Assembly (NCBI RefSeq): GCF_009914755.1
Contig: NC_060927.1
Length of the DNA stretch: 64,000 bases
Strand: one strand, 5' to 3'
Origin: the human T2T-CHM13v2.0 reference genome, Homo sapiens
Shown here: piece by piece, positions 29,501-48,725 of the stretch
Numbering within the stretch: the first letter of the stretch is position 1
Layout: the number at the start of each line of letters is the position of its first letter
Made by a program: the position numbers and the translations under genes
The notes under the pieces: generated by a model
The model's input: the letters and a program-made list of their open reading frames with translations, nothing else
Told to the model about the DNA's origin: nothing
Databases searched by the model: none

Positions 29501-30255
29501 CAAATAACTAAAAAATAAGACACGCTGAAGACACGAGCAACATACTTTGCAGCGACATCTGTGAGTGCTTTGGGTTTTTACATAGATCTATTTTGTCTAT
29601 TAAAGCCATTTTCTTTCTAGATAACTTCCTTCATTTTCTGACTAGTTGACTTTATTGTCTAAATATGTTTCATACACTAGCTACCCCCAAAATTTTAAGA
29701 ATAAACTTTATTACTGCTTCCCATTTCATTTTCTTCTTTGCTTTAAATAAAAATTTTTACAGCTCAAATCACATTGACCTTTTTTGTTCCAATATTGCAT
29801 TATAAATTTATTTTTATTTAGCTACCCTCTTGCTCAGTGCCATCTCACATACCAGATTTCTCAGAAGGACAATGAATCTGAGTCAATTTCTTTCCAGATA
29901 TACTAGTTTACACTCTCCCAATTTAATCTCATTTTGATTTGAGTCCACATTTATAACCTTTTCAAGTTCCAGATAAGTATTTCCTAAGTCATTACCCATA
30001 TTTACAACATTGCTTAATATAGCATCATTTCAAGATACATTAATGTACTGCTCATTCTGCAGCTATTAATTGAGTTGAAAAAGAGAAGTAGAAACAGTAA
30101 TTTGTTCCATAATGTCCATAATACCCTCTATCCCCTTTGCAGTTTATCAGATTGTATAGTCTACTATTCTGTTGATAACTGTTATTATTTATTATTTCTT
30201 TATCCAGTCTCCTTTGAACTACATTCCAAGAAAAAATGTTTTAAAATGTGGCTTA

Positions 30256-34951
<4,696 letters not shown>

Positions 34952-35319
34952 TAAAATGTGGCTTACATTCATTTAAAAATAAGGTTTCTAATTATTTGTT
35001 TGAAAGTTCTATTAGAAAAGATTCCAAAATCTCTTTCTCTCTTGGATGTTATTTATTGTTCCCAGTAGATGTTACAAATAGACATGCAGTGAGAATGTAT
35101 CTTCAAGAAGACTAGCTTGTTCACCAAGGGACTTACAAACCTGCTTGAAATTGATGAACACGGCATGGCCCTGTGTCCATACCTCTTACTGTATTTTATT
35201 TTGTTGTCCTTTAGATATTTTCATACTGTTTCCTGATTTATAATCAATTTTATTAAAAATATATTTTATGGATCTAGGCTTTATGATTGTATTAACTGAA
35301 GAGTTCAGATACACCAATA

Positions 35320-36030
35320 AGAAAAGACAATAAAATAAACGAAAAGAATATAAAAAGATAACTCACAAAAGAGGAATTACAAAGGAAAAGGAATCAAGTT
35401 TTAAAAAATATGAGACTTTTTTTTACTTAATAGAGGAGAATATTTATTATAATTGACAATACTTTTTACTGGAAGAATTCATAGATGCTGGTATACTCAG
35501 ATATTGGTTTTGACAATAACAATTAGAACAACTGTTTTATAAACAACTTGGTACTCTGCATCAAAATTTATGAAAAATGTCATACTTTTGTCAGTGATTC
35601 ATTCCACTTCTGGGACTCTATGCTACAAATATAAGGTGGGAGATATATTGAAAGACTATTTGAATTATATACTTTATTTATATTAGTGAAAATGCTAAAA
35701 GTACCAGAATATCCAACAGTAAGGGAATGATTACATAAATTATAAAGCATCCACTGAAAGGAATAGTATAAAAGGTGTCAAAATGAATGTCAATGAAGAC
35801 TATAAACATGGGAAAATGTTAATTTAAAATATATTTTAAGAGCTCAATATGACAGGTTTAGTGCTACCACAAAAATCTAAGAAGAAAAATGTGCTTATAA
35901 AACAAAATTTTGAAACAAATGATAAAAAATGTTAAAGCAATTTTGCAGGTTTGGGGATGATGGTTTTTGATGTTTTTTTTCTTTATGTTCTAATTTTCCT
36001 TATTCATGCTTATTTGTAATACGAAAATTT
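35320..36030 (+). mobile_element. Old L1ME 3' fragments
   Basis: attccacttctgggactctat, aatatccaacagtaagggaatgat. Confidence 0.55.
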
Positions 36031-36331
36031 TAAGTGTGTGAATACTTACAGGGCATTCACTGTGTGTCGGGCACTATGCTAGGCCTTGGAAACATAGAGG
36101 TAAGAAAGACAGCTATGGCGGCTACCCTCACAGAACACAGGATCACCAGGATTTGGTTACTTGGAATCAGCCTTGACTCATCTCTCTTCCACACTCAAAT
36201 CTAATCCATTAGGAAATACCACTGGCTTTGCTTTCAAAATAATATCTAAAACCCGATCATTCTCCACTATCTTCATTGTAACATCCTAGTATAAATCACC
36301 ATCATCTCCTTCCTGGTTACTAGAACAGCCT

Positions 36332-37267
36332 TGTGGTAGAATAATGCCCCCCTCACCCCCCCCGAAAGATGTCTGTGTCCTAATATTCAGAACCTGTGAC
36401 TATGTTACCTGATAGGACTTTGCAGGTGTGATTATATTAAGGACCTTAAGATGGGGGAGATTATCCTGGAGATTATGTGGGCGGGCCCAATGTAATTACA
36501 AGGTTCCTCGTAAAAGAGAGGCAGCAAGATCAAGCTTAGAGCAGATTCAATGAAGGAAGCTATGCTAGTCTGCTTTGCTTTGCTATAAAGGAACACTTTG
36601 CTATAAAGGAGCCTGAAACTGGGTGATTTATAAAGAAAAGAGGTCTATTTTGGCTCATGGCTCTGCAGGCTGTATGAAAAGCATGGCACCAGCATTAGCT
36701 TCTGATGATGGCCTCAGGCTGCTTCCACTCATGGCAGAAGATAAAGGGGGAACAGGCACGTCACATGACAAGAGCAGGAGCAAATGGGGTGGGGTAAGTG
36801 CCACACTCTTTTAAACAACCGGCTCTCCCATGAACTACCAGAGCAAGAACTCATTCATGACCATGGGGATGGAACCAAGTCATTCATAAGGGATCCACCC
36901 CTATGATCTCAAACACCTCCTACTAGGCCTACCTCCAACATTGCAGGTCACATTTTAACAAGAGGTTTGGAAACGACCTACATCCAAACTATATCAGAAG
37001 CAGAAGTCGGAGTGATACAATTTCTGGAATTGATCCACTAGTGAAGGAATGCAGAAAGCCTCCAGGAGGAGCTATAAAATATGAGGGAATGGATTATCTC
37101 CAGAGCCTCTAGAATGAATGCAGCCCTGTCAACTTCTTGATTCCAGCCCAGTGAAAACCATTTCCGACTGCTGACATCCAGAACTGTGAGGTCATACATT
37201 TGTGTTGTTTGAACAAACCACTATGTTTGTGGTCATTTGTTATAGCAACAATAGGAAACTAATAGCA
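36332..37267 (+). mobile_element. MLT1D-like solo LTR
   Basis: tgtggtagaataat..agaacctgtgactatgttacct..ggagattatcctgga..ttgttatagcaacaataggaaactaata. Confidence 0.85.
36561..36996 (-). mobile_element. MSTB/MSTB1-like solo LTR nested in MLT1D
   Basis: MST motifs ending catccaaactatatca; TSD gaagc. Confidence 0.88.
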
Positions 37268-37806
37268 GCCCCTAGTTGCTTTCCTTGCTCTAAACCGTTC
37301 TTCTCCATGATCTGTTCTCAATCTAGCAACCAGAGTGACCCTGGTAAAACCTAAGTCATATCATTCTACTGCTTTCTGTTTCACTCAGAAGAAAAACAGA
37401 AATCCTTACAATGACCTGTGAGGTCCCACACAATTGATCTCCTTTTCTCTTTGATTTCATTCCTTAAAATTCTCACCTAGTCTATTCCAGGTATTCTGGC
37501 CTCCTTGGTGCTTCTCAAGATTACCAGGGATGCTTCTGCCATAGGAACTTTGCACAGGTAGCTTCTTCTGCCTAGGATATCCCAGACATATGACTCTCTC
37601 CTGTCTTCTTCAGGTCTTTGTTCAAATATCACCCACCAATAAAACTACCTCAGCTACCATACTTAATAATGCAATCTGAAACACCTACCTTCCCCCAGCA
37701 CTCTACTCATGCTTTGTTTTTCTATTTTTTACAATACCTACAACACCTTCTAACTATTTGATTTACTTATTTGTTTGCTGTTTATTTGCTATGAACTTTC
37801 CACCTC

Positions 37807-37810
<4 letters not shown>

Positions 37811-37857
<47 letters not shown>

Positions 37858-37864
37858 AGAGAGA
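37811..37864 (+). repeat. (CA)n(GA)n compound microsatellite
   Basis: Directly visible. Confidence 0.95.
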
Positions 37865-38454
37865 GGAATATAAGCTCCATAAGCACAGGGATTTGGTACA
37901 TCTCATTTACTGATATATTCCAAGTGCCTAGAATAGTACCTAGCATATGACAGGTGCTTAGTTAATATTTTCTTTAAAAAATGAATAAATTATTTAAAAA
38001 TTAATTCTTTTGATACATATTCAATTTTCTTGAATGGAAAATTTAAAGCACTGAATAATATCTTTATTAAATAAATAACTTATTCAAATCATTAAGAAAA
38101 AAACAACATCCAGAATAGGAAAATGGTAAGTTTATAATTTACAAAATAAAATATATAACTAACCAACAAACATTTGGACAATAATTCAGACTCTTAAAAT
38201 ATCAACAAGCACCGTTTTTGCTTATTTATGTCCATATACAATAAAAAGTTATTAAAGACACTTTACAGTCTATGATAATTTCAAGTTTCTGACAAATTAT
38301 TCAGGTTTTATATGGAAATACTGAGGCTTGTTTGTGCTCCATAGAGCCCTTTTGCATAAGCTTCTGGCTAGCCAGTTATTGTATTGTTCTTTAGTTTTTC
38401 TTTTCAGGTTTTATGTATGGCTTTTGGTAAGGTTTCCAGCTCCTTCTTTGGTAG

Positions 38455-38814
<360 letters not shown>

Positions 38815-39435
38815 TGAATCCATTCTAGCAGCCAAATCTTCACATGCTACCCCTGGAAAAGTGAGTTAAGTCTGCTGTTCTTTTAGCTTAATTTTTCATT
38901 TTATCTTGTTCCTTTTCATCTCTTAAGTGTCATCAGTACCACTGGAAGGATAATGAAGGCCATATAACAACATTATCAAAAGCTGCTTGAATCCCTTGCA
39001 CTGCAGTGAGCTCTCCAGAGCTTATGACAGGTCCCCAGGCAGGTGCCTGAGATATCATTCCACACATGATTTAGTAGTAAGCTTGATGACAGGGGAAAGA
39101 ATTGCTCCTTTCCATTTCAGATGATAAAAAGAATGAGCCCTTGGGCATGCGAGGACATATTTCAATCATCTGATTAGAATGCTGATGTTTCCATTTTTTC
39201 AATTCTGACCACTTTCTTTGTAAGTCCAATCACAACAAAGGCTGCTTTGTTCAGAGAAACAAATAAACCTGGACATTTAGCCTCTCTATTCTAGTGTCAA
39301 ATAATCTAGACTGTTGACTATATCCATCCATTCTCATTGTAAAACCAAAACCATCACAACCCCCTTTTTGGGGACAAGGACGAGAATGTCTGACTGTTTA
39401 TTCAACAAACTTTTATTAAATTCAATTAAGAGCCC

Positions 39436-39840
39436 TGTATTAGGCCACTCTTGCATTACTATAAAGAAATACCTGAGACTGGGTAATTTATTTTAACAAA
39501 GAAGTTTAATTGGCTGACTGTTCTGCAGATTGTACAGGAAGCACAGCGTAATCTGCCTCTGGGGAGGCCTCAGAGAGCTTTTATTCATGGCAGAAGGCAA
39601 AGTGGGAGCAGGCACTTCACGTGGTAAAAGCAAGAGCAAGAAAGAGAGGAGAGTGGGGAGGGGGTGCCATAGATGTTTAAATGATCGGATCTAGCAATAA
39701 CTCACTATCATGAAAACAGCACCAAGCCATGAGGAATTCACCTCCATGATCCAAACACTTCCCACCAGTCCCCATCTCCAGAACTGGGGGTAACAATTCA
39801 ACATGGGATTTGGGTGGGGACAAATACCCAACTTATATCA
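39436..39840 (-). mobile_element. MSTB-like solo LTR
   Basis: tgtattaggcc..ctataaagaaatacctgagactggg..atatca. Confidence 0.9.
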
Positions 39841-40899
39841 TGCTCCAAATCTGGTGATGACAAGAAGAATAAGAAGCAATCTCAATCCTGATTTCTACTC
39901 TTAGAGTCTAGTAGATGAGACCAAGTGGCTACCAGGCAACTAGATAAAAAGGAACAGCGTTAAAAAGAGAATGAGAGAATTTATGTAACCTGGAAGTCAT
40001 GGAGAAAAAAGAAAAAACAATCCAAATGATAGGGCAGGGCCAGGGGACAAGACAAAGGAAATAGAAATTGAATACTTCAGGACAAGTTGAACTTGGCAAT
40101 GGGCTGAGAAGGAAAAGGAGATGAAAAGGGGGAGAATTGTAAGGAACCTAAGAATAAGCCTAGAGTGGGAGAAAATGTGGAACCAGTCAGAGTCAGTATG
40201 GCTAGAGTGTAGGGCAAAGGAAATATGTGGAAGGAGATGGGTTGGACACATAAGAAGACACCACATTATGGAGGCATATATGCCAGCTAATTATTCGTTT
40301 TTTATCTAGAAGATACTTTTTCTTTAATGATGTTTCTATATAACTGAGATTTCCCTCTTGTTTATATCATATTAGACATATGGAAGTTGATGTGTAATGT
40401 TCAGTCAAGAGATTTTATGTCTGAGCATACTTTAATAATGTCCTTTCTAACCTTGAGATCTCATTTATTCAATTTTTCCAATCATTCTTCAAAAATATCT
40501 GCTAATTTCAGTAGTTGCAGATAAATAATGCTTTGACTTGATCATGTGCACATGTTCAAATTTTCTACATACTCTTTTGCATTTTTAGGTCAATAGTTGC
40601 TTTATTCTTTCTCAATGTTTAGATTTATAGGCTACAGTTTTCTTCTTGAGGGCAGATTTAAAAATTAGTTTAGCCTAACAAAGTATTTTAATTGACATTA
40701 AATTTTTATGTCCTACTCCATTTATTAGCAGATATTTTTTAGTGAGGGTTTTCTTCTCCTCTGGCTAAAATGTATTTTTGTAAGGAACAGGAGAGGTTTC
40801 CAATTATTTATCTTTTTATTATTGCTTTATATTTTTGCCTAGGATTCACTTATCCAATTTCTTTATTCACCATTTAATCTGCTAGAACAATACACTGAG

Positions 40900-41040
40900 C
40901 TAGGGTTAGCCCTTTTGACTCCAATCTTATCTATCAGAATGACTAGCTATTTGACCCTGAGCAATTTACCTAAAATGAGAGAGTTAGAATGGATTATCCC
41001 CAAATGCCCTTCCAGCATCCAGAGATTTAATTCTCATGAC
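40900..41040 (+). mobile_element. MIR (MIR3/MIRc-like)
   Basis: tgaccctgagcaattt..taaaatgagagagttaga..cccttccagc. Confidence 0.55.
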
Positions 41041-41836
41041 TAAGCATTAATGTATATAATGGATCTCATTACAGTTCCTTCCTTTGCTTATCTCATCTAT
41101 ACATTTCTTGAATCATAAATCTGTATACTTCACTTGTTTGCTCTCTTTGTCTATACAGCAGGGGTGCTTGGGGGGCCAAGACTGAGTCATCTATTTCCTT
41201 AGGTTCCCATCAGAAGCACCACTGAAGGTTTTGGCTTGTAGAAGTTACTCAGTGAAACTTTGTCATGACAAAAGGCACATTAGGGGTCATGATCTGTGCT
41301 GTTGTGTTTCTTGTTGAATGCTTCAGATGTTACACATTTTATCTTTATTTCAAAGGAAACAGTCTTGTTTCTGTTTTATTATAAAGCCTATCACAGAATG
41401 TTCTGTTTCCAAGTCATACAATGCTGATGGCTCTATGTCAGCAGCTTCCAAATATCTAGAAAAGGTTGGCTGACACTGACCCCAGGGTTCAATTAGCTTG
41501 GCCTACTACTATGAACCAAATGGTGTGGCCTTTGTTAATGAAACCTGTGGTGCTGTTCAGCCAAGCTACATGCAAGTGCAAAAGCAAAACATACTTTACA
41601 TCTCAGATAACAATTTGAGGGTTTAGATGATTTCCTCACTAGATTATCTCCATCATTGTCTCCTTCAATCTGTTTCCCTCTCAGGCTGGTCTGCTAAATT
41701 TAATCTGATTCAGGAACCAGTGAGGCAGCAGCTTCTTGCTATTGTGTAGGATAGTTTTACTATCATGTCATCAAACATAAACTTTGTTGTCTTTATTCCA
41801 AAATATGTTCTCTAATTTCTCATTATTAAACTCCCA

Positions 41837-44267
41837 GTCTTAGTCTGTCTGTGTTGCTATAACAGAAAACCTGAGACTGAGTAATTTTTAAAGAACAGAA
41901 ATTAATTTTCTCACAGTGCTGGAAGCTGGAAAATCCAAGATCAAGGTGTCAGCAGGCTCTGTGGTCTGGTGATTGCTGCATCCTCCAGAAGGGAGGACTG
42001 CTGTGTCTTCATGTGGCAAAAGGTGAAAGGGCAAGCAAGTCAAATGCTGCATGAGGCCTTGTTTATAAGAGTGTTAACCCCATTCATGAGGGAGGATCCC
42101 TCATGGTCTAAAGCATCCTCTTCTTCATACTATCACATCAGCAACACCTGAATTTTAGAGTGCACATAATCAAACCACAGCATTCTACCCTTGGTCCCCC
42201 CAAATGTATGTTCTTCTCACATACAAAAAAATTAATTCCATACAAATAGCTCCAAAATCTTAACTTGTTTCAGTATCAACTCAAAAGTTTAAAGTCAAGA
42301 GTCTCATCTAAATTAGATATGGGTAAAATTTAAGGCATGATTCATCCTGAGGCAAATTTCCCTCCAGCTGTGAGTCTGTAAAATCAAACAAGTTATGTGC
42401 TTCCAAAATACAATGGGACAGACATAGGATACCAAAAGGGAGGAATAGTAAAGAAGAAAGGGGTAACAGGTCTCAAGTACGTCCAAAACCCAACGAGACA
42501 AACATTAGATCTTAAGATTCAAAAATATTAATTTTTTTTACTATATGTTCCATCATCTGGACACACTGAGGTGGGATTTGGATCCCCAAAGGCTCCATGG
42601 CTTTGCTGGGCACAGCTCATATCATAACTCTCATGGGTTGGAGTAAATGTCTGCAGCTTTCCCTGGCAGGAGTTGCACACTGGTGGCTTTAGATATCTTG
42701 GGTCTTAGCAGAGACCCTGACACATGGCTCCACTGAGCATTGCCTTAGTGAAGGTTTTCTTCTATACCCAAACCCCATAATTACACTGGATATTGCCCTC
42801 ACCGAGGGCTCTCTACAGTGACTCTACCCTGTGGCAGGTCTGTCCTAGGGCTATCTAGGGCATTCTTTGAATCTAGGTAGAGGAAGCCATGCCTCCACAG
42901 TTCTTGCACTCTGAACTTTTGAAGAATCAGCAGCATATGGATGCTGCCAAGGTTCACTGCTTATACCCTCTGGAGCTGTGGCCTGACCTGTATCTAGACC
43001 TGTCTGAGCCACAACTGGGGCAACTAAGGAGCACTGTGTCAGAATATGCGGAGGAAAGACCTGACATGGCCCTGGGAAGTGAGCACAGATATCCCACAGG
43101 CATCTCAATCTACTACCCCAAAACACCTCTACCCCCAGGGCCTAGCACTCTGGGCCTGTGATGGGCATGGCAGCACCAAAAATCTCTGATATGCCTTGGG
43201 GGCCATTCTCCCATTTTCTTGATGGAAAACACATGGCTTCCTTCTATATATTAAATCTCCTTATCAAAGTGTTGTTTAGTCACACTTTTGGTTTTTTCTC
43301 CTAAACATTCCTTTTATTCTTTATATGGCCAGGTTAAAAAATTTCCAAATCTTTGTGTTCTGCTTTCCTTTTAATTATGAATTCTGTCTTCGAGTCCTTA
43401 CTCTCTTTTTGCATTTTTCTATAAGCCATTAAGAGAAGTTATGCAGCATCATGAACACTTTGCTACTTAGAGATTTCTATCACCAAATATCCTAGTTCAT
43501 TGTTCTTAAGATCTACCTTTCACAAAGTCTTAAGACCCAGACAAAATTCAGCCAACTTCTTTGCCAATTTATAACAATCACCTTTCCTCTGGTTCCCAAT
43601 ACTTTGTTCCTAATTTCCATCTGAGGCCACATCAAATGGTCTTTACTGTCCTTATTTCTATCAGCATCCTGATTACAACCAGTTAGATAATCACCAAGAA
43701 AACTGAGGGTCTCCCTACAGTATTCCTCTTCTTCTGACTCTCACCTTTAATTTTGCCTTAATGCTCCATTTACAACAATCTAGGTTTTTTCCAGCATTAA
43801 TTTCAAAACTGTTCCATCCTCTACCCATTATCCAATTCCAAAACCATTTCTACATTTTTAGATATTTGCTATAGCAGTATTCCACTCTTGGTACTGATTT
43901 CTTTCTTAGTTTTCTTTGTGCTAGTATAACAGAATACCTGGGACTGAGTAATTTATAAAAATCAAGAGACATATTTTCTCATAGTTCTGGAGGCTGAGAA
44001 GTTCAGAATGAAGGCACCAGCAAATTCAGTTGTCTCGTGATTGCTGCATCCTCCAGAAAGGAGGAAGGCTGTGTTATCACATGGCAGAAGATGGAAGAGC
44101 AAGCTAGCCAAACACTGAGGGAAGCCTCTTTCATAAGGGTGTTGATTCCATTTGTGAAGGAGAAAGTCTCAGGGTCTAATCACTTCTAAAGGCTCCACCT
44201 TTTAATATTACCACATTGACAAATTTCCCCCTATGAATCTTGAAGAGGACACATTCAAACCATCGCA
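41837..44267 (-). mobile_element. Two-LTR MaLR provirus (MSTC/D-like): LTRs 41837-42182 and 43902-44267, internal 42183-43901
   Basis: Two same-orientation LTRs share gtgattgctgcatcctccagaa; purine tract gggggaccaagggtagaa on minus strand next to the 3' LTR; ccca on both flanks. Confidence 0.9.
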
Positions 44268-45479
44268 CCCACTTCCTCCTTGCTGTTGTCTGAGTCAGAC
44301 ACTTGCTTTGTCTTAAGGCCACTTCCTTGCAGAGGACCTGATGGGCTAGTATACAATTGCCACAGCGGACCTGATTAGGGCAGCCTTAGGGGACTCATGG
44401 GAGAGAGCAGCACCCTGAAACTAGAGTGTTTCAATTAAAGAAAAAAAAAAACCATTCCCAAATTGTAAAGCGCAAATTTTGACTTTGAGACAATTTTATC
44501 TCCATCTGGGCCTAGAAATATTTCTTCATATTTCCACTCAAGTGAGACCAAGCAAATATCTTGGTCAATTTAAAAAATCAGTAGTCCCAAGAATCTGTGC
44601 ATGAGGCATACAGCAATATTTTTTAACATATATACCTTCTGGACCAAAAGTAGAGGCACATGGCTAAACAACATGAATATCCTCCTGGGTTCAATCTGAA
44701 GTCCAGGGAGGTAAGAAGTGTGCTAGCTTGCAAACATCCCTCTGGCTGGGATCTGGATTTAAACACTCATTTATTTAGGGTATTGTTGGTTTTGTTTATA
44801 GAGACGGAAACTAAATGTGATATGAGATCTGTGGCTGATACAAACTGCTGAAGTTAAGCAAGAGAAACATGTTTGGTATGAGTCATCACAATCAGGCCAC
44901 CCAAAGAAATTGCCTCCCAAGTTACAGAGACAGGCTGTGTATCAGGATGGCAAATGGGAGGTTGCCTGAATAAAATAAACAGGCAGTGTAGAAAAATGAG
45001 GTTGATTTTAATATGATTATTTTACATATTGGCCTAGATGGGTAGAATCTATCTACAGCTTCTGTTTTAGAGAAGAGCAAGACATGTTGGAAACTACAGG
45101 GTCAATAAAGTCAATGTAGTAGTGAGCTTTGAAGAACCTGAACCTCAAATAATCGAATTCTACCCTGTTGATCACCATACCCTCTACTACCACCACCATA
45201 AGTTTAACAAGAGAGACATTAAGAGGTATTACAGCACCGCTTTCTTACTAGCTGCACAAGTGTCCAACAATTCTAATTCTGACCACTGATCAGATCAAAT
45301 CTGAGCTGAAGCATGGGGTTCTAGGCCATAATTGCCCTATTCGACTCTGATCTAAATTTTTGTTTTTAATTTACCACTATGCAACAAGGGCAACAGGGAT
45401 GAAAAAGCAAAAGAGAAGATGGAACAAAGATAAGTTGTCCAGGCTTCCCTGAGAGGCCAAGCTTCAAGCCCAGTAACTA

Positions 45480-46252
45480 GTGAGCTATATTGCCATGTAT
45501 GAAAACCAGGGGTGTCCAGATACTCAAGATGCAACAATCCCCTGGGCCCACCTGATTTCAGGCCAGCCCAGCTGTGGCTCATGCTCATTGACAATATACC
45601 ACATCAAGCACAAACCACCCAACCACATGCAATTGCAACTTAAAAGTGTAGGAGAACTTCATCTCAAGTAGAGAATAGGAGCTGGTAGATAAATGGTCTA
45701 GCCTTTGCATCTCCTGGTAGGATAATTCTAAAGCAAGTTCTGGAAGAGTATAGAACTTGCCAAATAGCAATTTGGCAGAGCTGAGCCCTTATTACCCTCA
45801 TGTCTTGGTTTACTAGGGCTGCCATAACAAAATACTACAAACTAGATGCCATAAATAACAGAAATTTATTCTTTCATAGTTCTGGATGCTAGAAGTCCAA
45901 AATCAAGGTGTTGGCAGGGTTGGTTTCTTCTGAGGCTTCTCTCCTTGGTTTACAGATGGCTGCATTCTTGCTGTTTTCAGCCTTTCCTCTATGTGTGCAC
46001 ATGCCTGTGTTTTAATCTCCTCTTCTTATAAGGACATCAGTCATATCATATTAGGGCCCAGCTCTTTGACCTCATTTACATAATTCAGCCCATAACGTCC
46101 CAGTAACTAAATGTGTACTTTATTGGCATTTCATCTTTCTTTGTCTGGCTTTTCCCCTCCCACACGTATGCTACTGCGGATTACTTCCCAAATAAACTAC
46201 AAAAATCTATCTTTGTCTCAAGGTCTGTTTTCAGAGGAACCCGATCAACTAT
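45480..46252 (+). mobile_element. ERVL LTR16-like LTR split by MLT1A
   Basis: 3' end cccaaataaactac..ttgtctcaaggtctgttttcagaggaaccc; left boundary uncertain. Confidence 0.55.
45801..46097 (-). mobile_element. MLT1A/A0-like LTR with internal deletion
   Basis: agggctgccataacaaaatac..agaagtccaaaatcaaggtgttggcagggttgg..aattcagcccataac. Confidence 0.85.
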
Positions 46253-47029
46253 CTTAAACTCTGACCAACAGAATTAACTGTTCCATGGGGGAGTTAGGAA
46301 TATGTTGGGCATACACAGGTCTTGCTTGTGATTCGTCATTAATGTGTTCCTATCTCTTCAAACCCAATATTGTAGGTACTTTGATCTAAATTTGGGAAAC
46401 TCCAAGAACCAGATAAGATAAAGGCATGCACACAAATCCACCTGTCTGCCTCAACCCTGTCAGCAAAATTAAGTTTGGTGCAAAATGTAAAGAGACATTT
46501 AAATGTCTTCTCAAAAGGGTAGGGTGAGTGTATTTAGCAGCACATGGCTGTGATACTCCCCCTGTGGGGCACAGCAAAGTGCCTGCAAAATACTGAGCAT
46601 TGAGTCATCCAGACATTTGTGTGCATTTTCCCAAAAAGGAAAAGTAGGATTCATCACCTCTTGGATCCAGAATACTTTTCTCTTTACTTTGAATTCTTCT
46701 CATTTGAATTTTAGAATGATAGACATGTTCTCAGTTGAAATGCTGTGGGTTTCTTTCTCATTGCCCTTCATGCTGCCATGAGTTCCCAGTTTCTTTATTT
46801 GAATTCTGTAAGCTGTTAGTCTAAAAGTGGCCATCGTACCTCTAAAAAGCTTACCTAAGTTGACCTTTTAAAATAATCTACTATCTACTATGAACGACCT
46901 ATGTGTGTATGTCAGCTAATGAACATAAAAGCAAACAAACTACAACCTAAATAAATAATCATAATACTTGCATTTCATCATCAATGAACTTAGCATATCC
47001 CATGCTTGCAATGGACTTAAATGAAATCA

Positions 47030-47220
47030 AAATAGCTATGATTTAATGAGCTTCTAATATATGTCAGTCTCTTTAAGTAATTATCACAGGTCATACGCCA
47101 AAAAACCCTAGGATATAGATACTACTATTCTTGATGTTTTTAATATGAGAAAAGGGATTTGGAAAATATGATTAAGCTAATAAATAACATAAATGAGATT
47201 TGATCCCAAATCTGAATCTA
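47030..47220 (-). mobile_element. MIR
   Basis: atttaatgagctt, atgagaaa, gatttgatccca. Confidence 0.55.
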
Positions 47221-47319
47221 AATATTTTTACTTCCAATGATTCTCAACCAGGAATGACCATTAAAATTTATTGGAGAGCTTTTAAAAGTTGTAGGTTCTG
47301 CTATACAAACACTCAAGAA

Positions 47320-48725
47320 TATTTTTAGATGTAACATGGACTTAAATAAGAAAGCTAAAAAGAATCAAGATTCTAGAATAAAATACAGTAAACTATTATC
47401 ATTACCATTGGCTAGGCAGATTTTTTTAAATAAGATTCAAAAATTACTGACCCTTAAATAAAAAAATAACAGATTGGACTTTACTAAAATTAAGATCTTT
47501 TAATCAAAAGTCACCATGAAGAGAGTAAAAAGATAAGCTAAAGACTGAAAAAAATCATCAATACATTTATTTTATTTATTTATGTATTTATTTATTTATT
47601 TATTTATTTATTTATTTTAAGACGGAATCTTGCTCTGTCACCCATGCTGGAGGGCAGTGGCGCGATCTTGGCTCATGGCAACCTCTGCCTCCCAGGTTGA
47701 AGTGATTCTCCTGCCTAAGCCTCCTGAGTAGCTGGGACTACAGGTGCATGCCACCACACCCAGCTAATTTTTGTTTTTTAGTAGAGACAGAGTTTTACCA
47801 CGTTGGCCAGAATGGTCTCCATCTCCTGACCTCGTGATCCACCCGCCTCGGCCTCCCAAAGTGCTGGGATCACAAGTGTGAGTCACTGTGCCTGGCAATA
47901 CATTTATTTTAAAAAGTTTGATTCAGAAAATAAACATTTTATAAAGTGCTCAACTTTAGTCACCAGAGGAAAGCAAGTTAAAGTCACTATACACTTACCC
48001 AAATGACAAAAATTTAAAGGTCTGACAATACCAAGGTTTGGCAATATTGTAGAACAACACAAGGACTCCCTTAAATTGCTAGTGGGAGTGTTAAATGTGA
48101 GATCACTTTGAAAAACTATATCTCAGTAACTTTGAAAGATAAACATCCCTATATCCTAATGAATGACATAGCAATTCCACTCATGAATATATACCAAGCA
48201 GATATAAATGCTTTATATATCCAAAAAAACATAGATAAGGATGCTCATAGCACCTTTATTCATAAAAACTAAAAACTATACATAACCCAGGTGTTCATCA
48301 ACAGTAGAATGGATAAATAAATGATACATTCACACAACAGAATACTACGTAGCAATGCAAAAGAACAACCACTGAAAAATAAAACATGGTCAAATTTCAC
48401 AGATATAACATTGAGTGGAAGAAATCAAACACAAAAGAGTATTCATTATATAAATCCATTTATATAAATTTCAAAAACAGGCAAAATAATCTATGGGGAA
48501 AGAGGTAAGTGTGGTTATCCTTGGAGGAAGGGGGTTTACTGACTGAAAAGGATAACATGAGTTTTCCAGAATCTGGATATCTTAATTTATTTTTACTTTG
48601 GCACACAGGTCACACAGATGTGTGGATGTATATGTTTATATATGCTCATGTGTGTGCATAAAAATCATGACATTTACACTTAGGATTTATGTATTTACTA
48701 TCTGTAAATTATACTGTATTCTTTA
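47320..48725 (+). mobile_element. Old L1M (L1MC/MD-type) 3' fragment
   Basis: ctgacaataccaag, gcaattccactc, catcaacagtagaatggataaataaa, tttcaaaaacaggcaaa. Confidence 0.8.
47574..47896 (-). mobile_element. AluS (AluSc-like) with (TTTA)n tail
   Basis: atctcctgacctcgtgatcc; TSD aatacatttatttt at 47560-47573 and 47897-47910. Confidence 0.93.

Larger units (their letters stand above)
36165..37990 (+). mobile_element. L2 3' region interrupted by MLT1D
   Basis: ccttgactc.tctct, caccatcatctc, gccataggaactttgcac, ccaagtgcctagaatagtacctagcat..aatgaataaa. Confidence 0.75.
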
